Below, one piece after another: positions 58,036 to 64,000 of a DNA stretch of 64,000 nucleotides. The notes beneath the pieces are model-generated. The model made no database searches, was not told the DNA's origin, and worked only from the letters and a program-made list of their open reading frames with translations. Where the stretch lies: the NCBI GenBank assembly GCA_001770205.1, contig MEQL01000007.1, forward strand, positions 62,001 through 126,000. Reading direction: 5' to 3'. Both the position numbers and the translations under genes were made by a program. Numbering within the stretch: the stretch's first letter is position 1; every line of letters begins with the position of its first letter. The DNA is from Bdellovibrionales bacterium RIFOXYD12_FULL_39_22 (GTDB lineage: Bacteria; Bdellovibrionota; Bacteriovoracia; Bacteriovoracales; Bacteriovoracaceae).

Positions 58036-58713
58036 ATGGAATTATTGATTGATTTTTGGCAATTCATACTTGCTTCGGTGGATTTTTTTCTTCATCTTGA
58101 TCGTTCGCTGCAAGGGGTAATTGCGCAGTATGGAACTTTAACCTACGTTATTTTGTTTGCTGTGATATTTGCGGAGACAGGACTGGTTGTTACTCCCATT
58201 TTGCCGGGAGATTCTCTGCTTTTTGCAGCCGGGGCATTATCAGTATCTACCGGATTAAATCCAGTGTTTTTATTTTTACTGCTTTCGTTGGCAGCAATTT
58301 TAGGAGATGCGGTAAATTACACGGTGGGAGCGATAATAGGCAAGCGAGCTTTTAGTGGAGATATTAAATTTTTAAAAAAAGAGTATTTGGATAAGACGCA
58401 CGCTTTTTATGAAAAATATGGCAATAAAACAATTGTTCTGGCCCGCTTTGTGCCGATAGTGCGTACTTTTGCCCCTTTTGTGGCCGGAGTAGGAAAAATG
58501 TCTTATCGGCAGTTTGGGACATACAACATTGTTGGTGGCATTTTCTGGGTTGGCCTAATGATTAGTTCTGGATATTTTTTTGGAGAAATTCCTTTTGTGA
58601 AGAAAAATTTTGAAATAGTGATTTTGGCGATTATATTTATTTCCATTTTGCCGGCCATTTTTGAGTATTGGAAGGCACGGAGTTCTGCTGGCAATAATCT
58701 AGGCCAGCAATAA
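58036..58713 (+). CDS. dedA: DedA-family membrane protein
   Basis: FAETGL...LPGDSLLF, GD..NY..G, F.EKYG...ARFVP.VRTFAP.VAG. Confidence 0.93.
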   Translation: MELLIDFWQFILASVDFFLHLDRSLQGVIAQYGTLTYVILFAVIFAETGLVVTPILPGDSLLFAAGALSVSTGLNPVFLFLLLSLAAILGDAVNYTVGAIIGKRAFSGDIKFLKKEYLDKTHAFYEKYGNKTIVLARFVPIVRTFAPFVAGVGKMSYRQFGTYNIVGGIFWVGLMISSGYFFGEIPFVKKNFEIVILAIIFISILPAIFEYWKARSSAGNNLGQQ

Positions 58714-58727
58714 ATGAGGAGATTGAG

Positions 58728-61700
58728 ATGTCTAAATTGCAGATTCGGCTAGTTTTGTTTTTTTCAACAACCTTTTTATTTTGTGCTATTGCCAAAGATG
58801 ATTTGGCGGTTTTGTTGATAAGGCCTAACACTACTAATGTAGCAGATGTTTCACAGATCACGGTGACCTTTAATAAAACGATGGTGCCATTAGGTGATTA
58901 TGAAAAGTTGGCAGAAAAATTTAAGATTAATATTACACCTTTGATTAATTGCCAGTGGCGTTGGTTAAATGGTAGCACGATTGCTTGTCAGTTGGCAGAT
59001 TCGCTTCCTCCTTCTAATAGCTACACAATAACCGTGCCAGTAGGGCCCAAAGCACTAGATGGATCTACTCTCAAAGCGCCAGTTACGGGGAATTTTTCAA
59101 CCTTAGAGTGGAAGGTTTTAGATAGCGAAATTGATTGGAAGGGGCCAGATTCTCCGTTGATCTACATGCATTTTAACCAACCGATGGATGTCGCTTCTTT
59201 GCAAGCAAATACAACAAGTCCCTGTGGCCGCATGAAAGTGTCTAGTGTCAAAGCAAGTGCAGTGGAAGATTTTGGATTTGATTTTAAAAATAGTTATCAA
59301 TTTTCTTTTGATAACCCAATTGGAATTGATAAAAATTGTATTATAACTGTTGCTGCTTCTGCCAAGGCCACTCACGGAACTGTTCCTTCTTCGATATATA
59401 CCTACTCATTTAGAACATTCCCGCAATTTAAAATTACCAAAGTAAGTTGCCAAGAAAATATTGAGGTTACTCCTGTTATTGCAGGAGCCGTAAATCTTGA
59501 TATTAGTGGTTGTGACCCTGATAGTGGCCTAAACATAGATTTTTCTGCTCCGACAAATGGAAAAAATTTGGTGGGTAAAATAAAAGTTACTCCGCATTTT
59601 GGTTGGACAGAAGGGGGAGAAGGCTCGCCAGAATATTACAAGCAATATCCAGATCAAGAGTATTTCGAAATCTATCTGCGCAGTCCGATGCAAGGGGCCG
59701 GAAAGCATAAAGTAGTGTTTAGTGGGATCAAAGATATTTTTGGCCGTGCGCTAGTCGGTATTTCTGAAATTAATGTTTCTACTTCTGATTTTTTACCGAT
59801 ACTGCAACTACCCGAAGGATATGGCGTATTAGAAAAAGAGGGCCCGCATCAGTTAGCTTTTAGTGGCGTAAATGCACGTGATTTTGATTTTGATTATTTC
59901 ACTAGTCAAAATGTGGAAGATGTAAAAATGTGGTCAACCTATGATCATGGTTGTGATGAGTATGATAAAAGTGAGAAAAAGTTTATCTTTGCAGATAAAA
60001 TTAAAAAGGCGGTGATTGTATCCGGTGGCAAAAAAAACATTCCTTTTTCTTCGCCAATTGATTTTAACAAAATTACGCCTGATTTTAAGTATGGAATGAT
60101 TGTTGGCAAGATGACCAAAGCTTCTAATTTAGATGGCAAACCATTTGTTCAGCATAGGATTTGCAGTAGCACCTTCACGGTAATTACCGATCTTGGTATT
60201 ATGGCAAAAGTGGGGTTTTATAACTCTGGGATTTGGATTCATTCGATAAAAAGTGGTTTGCCGCTTTCTGGAATTAAAGTCAGTGTATATAGCAATACAG
60301 CAACTTTATTTGGAGGAACTACTGATGAAAATGGTTTTGTGGAATTTCCTGGGGCCAAAGAGTGGGATCCTGAAAGATCAAAGTTTAGTGACTGGGATAG
60401 CAACGATAGTCTCTATATTGTTGCTCAAACAAAAGATGATTTCTCCATGCTTCCTTTTTCAGTCGGAAGGGCCGGGATAGATTACTATAATTTTAATGTT
60501 GACTTTAATCCACTTAAAGTTTCTACCAATCAAATAGTTTATGCTATTACTGATCGGCCGTTATATAAACCTGGGCAGCAAGTAAATGTTAAGGTTTTTG
60601 CTCGTCACTGGGAGCCAAAAAGCTATGGATTAACTCCAGTTAAAAAGTTAACCGTCGAAGTTAAAGATGCTCTATATAAGACAATTGCCACTAAAAAAAT
60701 AAAACTTTCAGATTTTGGTACGGCCAATTTTGTCTTTGATCTAGATGCCAGTGTTCCTCTGGGAACTTATATTATCCAGGTTGCCAGTGATGGTGAGTAT
60801 AGAGATAGTATTGGAACTTTTGATGTTCAGGTTTTCACGCTACCTGTCTTTAAATTGAACGTTGAATCGAGTAAAGAAAGCTATGTCGTTGGAGATTCTG
60901 CCAACTTTCTGGCCAAAGCGCGCTATCATTTCGGCGGAGGAGTTCCTAATACGACAGGAAATTACACGGCCAATTTTACTTCCGGAGTGTGGACACCCCA
61001 GCTTCCAAAATGGGAGAGTTTTGAGTTTGGGCGAGCGTTTTATCTAAATATTCCCGGTTATGAAAAACCTCGTTACACCGATCAAAGTCAAATCGGAAGT
61101 GGATCGCTTACCACTGATAAAAATGGAGATGTAGAGACAAACATAATGCTTCCCATTGATCAGCTAAAGTCTTATGGCAAATTAGAGTTTGGGGTCTCTT
61201 TTGCCGATGATCGAGGTAAAAGTATTGGAGGATATAACGCTGTTGAAGTTTTTTATTCTAATTTTATGATTGGAATGAAGACTCCTCAATGGGCGTATGC
61301 CGCCAAAGAAGAAATTATTCCAGAAGTTATTTTACTTGATTCAAAAGAAGAACCTGTGGCCGGAGTCAAAGTTGAGTTAACGCTGATTAATCGAATCTAT
61401 AAGACGGTAAGAAGAAGTGGAGAAGGAAGCTACTTTTACTATGATAATAAGACTATCGATAAAGAGATTGCGTCTTGCCGCTTTGTCAGTGACAAAGCTC
61501 CCAAGGGATGTGGATTACAATCTAAGGCCGCCGGGGATCACTACATCGTGGCAACCGCAAAAGATTCTCGTGGACGAATTACTCAAACTTCTTTGCAAAA
61601 ATATGTTACCGGTAAAGAATATATTGGTTGGTATCGAGAAAACAGTGACCGCATTGAGATCATTCCCGATAAACGTATTTATCAAATGGGTGAGACGGTA

Positions 61701-64000
61701 CAGCTTATGGTAAAAAATCCCTATCAGGAGGTTGATGCGCTGATAACACTTGAGCGTTTTGGGATTTTAAAACAGTTTAGACAAAAGCTTGTTCAAGGGG
61801 CAGAGATAATCAAAATTCCAGTGGACTCCAAAGAGTATACACCGGGATTTTTTGTGAGCGTTCAACTAATTAAAGGGCGAGTTTCCGATAAAATTGAAGG
61901 TGGTGTGGATTTAGGAAAACCATCTTTCAAGATGGGGATGGTGCAAATTGAGGTGGTAGATCCCGACACTGTTTTGGCAATTAGTGCTAAATCGGATCGA
62001 GAGCAGTATGAACCAGGTGAAAAAACGGAAGTATCATTAGAAGTAAGTTCCCCGGGTGGTAATGATGTTGCCGAACTTTCAGTGGCCGTTGTTGATGAGA
62101 AAATTTTGCAATTGGCCGGTGACTATGAAGGGCGCTACAAACTTCATGATAAGTTTTATAAAATGAGAGGAGGAGATGTTATCACCTCTCAAATGTTAAG
62201 TTTTATTATAGGACGTCGTCACTTCGGCCAAAAAGGAGCGCCAGCTGGCGGAGATGGTGATTCAGGAAACAAAAGTAGAAAGAAGATATTACCACTTGCT
62301 TATTGGAATCCTTCAGTAATAACTGATTCTGATGGCAAGGCCCATGTTAATTTTACGTTGCCGGATAATCTTACCACCTGGAGAGTTTTAGTTGTTGCAG
62401 CAGATAAACAACACCGTTTTGGTTTTGGCAGTGGAACTTTTAGGGCCACCAAAAAAGTTATGGTGGAGCCATCTCTTCCTAGTTTTTTAACTGAAGGGGA
62501 TAAGTTTAAATCGCGCTTTACAGTTTTTAATCGAACAGGGGCGGAAGCAAAATTTAAAGGAGAACTTAAAGTTACAGGGGTAATTTTAAATGAAGATGCT
62601 AGTAAAGAGGCGAATATTGCTAATGATGGCAAAAGCTATATGGATTGGAAGATCTCGGTTCCAGTTGGTCAGATCAATGCTAGTTTTGAAATGATGGCAA
62701 GCAGTGATAAAGGCAAAGATGGAATTTTAGAAAAATTACCTATTATGCCATATGCCTCTTATGAGACTTTTGCTACTTATGGTTCAACAATAGGATCAAA
62801 AGTAAGTGAAAAGTTACAAATTCCCAAAGGGATTCGCCCAGAGTTAGGTGGCCTTGAAGTTATGGTGAGTTCATCACTTATTTCACATCTCGATGATTCT
62901 TTCCGTTATCTTTTTAATTATCCATATAGTTGCTGGGAGCAGACGCTGGTACGGGCCATTGCACTTTCACAATATATTCGTTTGAAAGAGTATATTTCTA
63001 TTCCAGAACTATCTAAAGATGCTAAGAAGTGGGCCCAGGAACTATTGGCCGAGATGCCAAAATTTCAATATATGAATGGGGCAATGGCCTATTGGAAAGC
63101 AGATCCGAGAACTATTGATCCATACCTTTCTGTCTTTACGCTGCAAGGCCTTCGCTGGATTGAAAAAGCAGAGATCAATATTCCAAAAGAGGCCAACGAA
63201 AAACTTCTGAGTTATGTTAGAAAGTTAGTACAAGGCAAAGAGATCTTTCCCGAATACTATTCGGTCAACGCTAAGGCCACGGTTATGGCCATGGCCACGG
63301 CCGTGCTTTCAGATGAGGGAGACAATATGGTCTCTTCGGTGAATAAACGATTTCAAGAGCGTGCCAATCTCGATCTCTTTGGAAAGAGCTTTCTGTGGCA
63401 TGCTTCTACCAAATTTAAAGAGACCAATATAAAACTTAAAGAAGAGTTAAAAAAAGATATTTACGCTATGGCAGATCTTTCTGCTGGGAAAATTCAATTT
63501 AAAGAGACTCCAGGGATCGGAATGGTAACTATTTTACATAGTGCTACTAGGTCAAACTGTGCATTATTATCTTCAATGTTAGCAGAAGATCCTGAAGGTA
63601 AATTTATTGAATCACTTGTGCGATTTGCTATTGATGCCAGAAAGGCAAATCGTTGGAACAACACTCAAGATAACCTCTACTGTCTAAATGCGCTGGCCAA
63701 TTATGCGGCCGTATTTGAAAAAGATCTTCCGAATTACTCTGTTTCCGGTAAAGCGATGAATAAGGAGATAAAAGAGGTAAAATTTAAGGGATTTAAAGAG
63801 AGTCCAAAGAGTGAAACATTTGTTTTTACCCCAGAAATTGTTGGGAAAAAATCTGAAGTTAATTTGGAAAAAGATGGCAGCGGGAGAATGTACTATACCG
63901 CTAGACTCAAGATCGCTTATAAAGAGGTGCGAACTACCTCTGTTAATGCGGGCCTTCAGGTGGAGAGAACTTACTTTGTAAAATCGGCCGATGGAAAATG
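58728..64000 (+). CDS. Bacterial alpha-2-macroglobulin, partial (runs off the window, >1750 aa; absent from the ORF track)
   Basis: GAGGAG RBS and ATG 58728, signal peptide; in-frame TDRPLYKPGQ (~60549), AVVDE, LPDNLTTWR and thioester YPYSCWEQ (Cys codon 62931-62933). Confidence 0.93.
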   Translation, partial: MSKLQIRLVLFFSTTFLFCAIAKDDLAVLLIRPNTTNVADVSQITVTFNKTMVPLGDYEKLAEKFKINITPLINCQWRWLNGSTIACQLADSLPPSNSYTITVPVGPKALDGSTLKAPVTGNFSTLEWKVLDSEIDWKGPDSPLIYMHFNQPMDVASLQANTTSPCGRMKVSSVKASAVEDFGFDFKNSYQFSFDNPIGIDKNCIITVAASAKATHGTVPSSIYTYSFRTFPQFKITKVSCQENIEVTPVIAGAVNLDISGCDPDSGLNIDFSAPTNGKNLVGKIKVTPHFGWTEGGEGSPEYYKQYPDQEYFEIYLRSPMQGAGKHKVVFSGIKDIFGRALVGISEINVSTSDFLPILQLPEGYGVLEKEGPHQLAFSGVNARDFDFDYFTSQNVEDVKMWSTYDHGCDEYDKSEKKFIFADKIKKAVIVSGGKKNIPFSSPIDFNKITPDFKYGMIVGKMTKASNLDGKPFVQHRICSSTFTVITDLGIMAKVGFYNSGIWIHSIKSGLPLSGIKVSVYSNTATLFGGTTDENGFVEFPGAKEWDPERSKFSDWDSNDSLYIVAQTKDDFSMLPFSVGRAGIDYYNFNVDFNPLKVSTNQIVYAITDRPLYKPGQQVNVKVFARHWEPKSYGLTPVKKLTVEVKDALYKTIATKKIKLSDFGTANFVFDLDASVPLGTYIIQVASDGEYRDSIGTFDVQVFTLPVFKLNVESSKESYVVGDSANFLAKARYHFGGGVPNTTGNYTANFTSGVWTPQLPKWESFEFGRAFYLNIPGYEKPRYTDQSQIGSGSLTTDKNGDVETNIMLPIDQLKSYGKLEFGVSFADDRGKSIGGYNAVEVFYSNFMIGMKTPQWAYAAKEEIIPEVILLDSKEEPVAGVKVELTLINRIYKTVRRSGEGSYFYYDNKTIDKEIASCRFVSDKAPKGCGLQSKAAGDHYIVATAKDSRGRITQTSLQKYVTGKEYIGWYRENSDRIEIIPDKRIYQMGETVQLMVKNPYQEVDALITLERFGILKQFRQKLVQGAEIIKIPVDSKEYTPGFFVSVQLIKGRVSDKIEGGVDLGKPSFKMGMVQIEVVDPDTVLAISAKSDREQYEPGEKTEVSLEVSSPGGNDVAELSVAVVDEKILQLAGDYEGRYKLHDKFYKMRGGDVITSQMLSFIIGRRHFGQKGAPAGGDGDSGNKSRKKILPLAYWNPSVITDSDGKAHVNFTLPDNLTTWRVLVVAADKQHRFGFGSGTFRATKKVMVEPSLPSFLTEGDKFKSRFTVFNRTGAEAKFKGELKVTGVILNEDASKEANIANDGKSYMDWKISVPVGQINASFEMMASSDKGKDGILEKLPIMPYASYETFATYGSTIGSKVSEKLQIPKGIRPELGGLEVMVSSSLISHLDDSFRYLFNYPYSCWEQTLVRAIALSQYIRLKEYISIPELSKDAKKWAQELLAEMPKFQYMNGAMAYWKADPRTIDPYLSVFTLQGLRWIEKAEINIPKEANEKLLSYVRKLVQGKEIFPEYYSVNAKATVMAMATAVLSDEGDNMVSSVNKRFQERANLDLFGKSFLWHASTKFKETNIKLKEELKKDIYAMADLSAGKIQFKETPGIGMVTILHSATRSNCALLSSMLAEDPEGKFIESLVRFAIDARKANRWNNTQDNLYCLNALANYAAVFEKDLPNYSVSGKAMNKEIKEVKFKGFKESPKSETFVFTPEIVGKKSEVNLEKDGSGRMYYTARLKIAYKEVRTTSVNAGLQVERTYFVKSADGK

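Noticed and set aside
58637..62632. Scattered small ORFs at the right end
   Set aside because: Shadows of the single alpha-2-macroglobulin frame starting at 58728
1..64000. tRNA, rRNA, riboswitch, prophage or integron features
   Set aside because: No cloverleaf, rRNA signature, integrase, phage structural gene or attC-like array was recognised; a covariance-model scan was not possible

Overview
Bacterial DNA, AT-rich (roughly high-30s % GC by eye), genetic code 11. Gene content is compatible with a Bdellovibrionota-like or other Gram-negative lineage; this is inference only. 1-3.7 kb is a small accessory segment: a secreted hypothetical protein, an IS630 element with recognisable ends and a frameshifted transposase that truncates an AAA+ ATPase gene, and an intact AAA_14/DUF4143 ATPase. 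3.8-46 kb is a ~42 kb mosaic surface-glycan (LPS/O-antigen-type) locus. It holds rfbB plus an rfbA stub, an Arn-like aminosugar module, wbpI and wbpB/D/E-like diacetamido-uronate genes, a gtr-like cassette with a methyltransferase, several GT4s, a PglK/Wzk-like ABC flippase, an inserted AlbA_2 gene behind a short tandem repeat, a priming phosphoglycosyltransferase and an O-antigen-ligase-like gene. The most interesting part is a phosphonate module: a cytidylyltransferase-PEP mutase fusion flanked by Thr-type alkaline-phosphatase-fold membrane transferases, divergent from an orphan TPP-dependent E1 alpha/beta pair, with no canonical phosphonopyruvate decarboxylase in the window. 46-64 kb is core-like: thiolase, DUF1624, rhodanese, penicillin acylase, GNAT, a SWIB protein with an H1-like tail, a long PutA, DedA, and an alpha-2-macroglobulin that runs off the window and is missing from the ORF track. 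No rRNA, tRNA or CRISPR array was seen. All product calls come from motif recognition by eye; no database searches were run.
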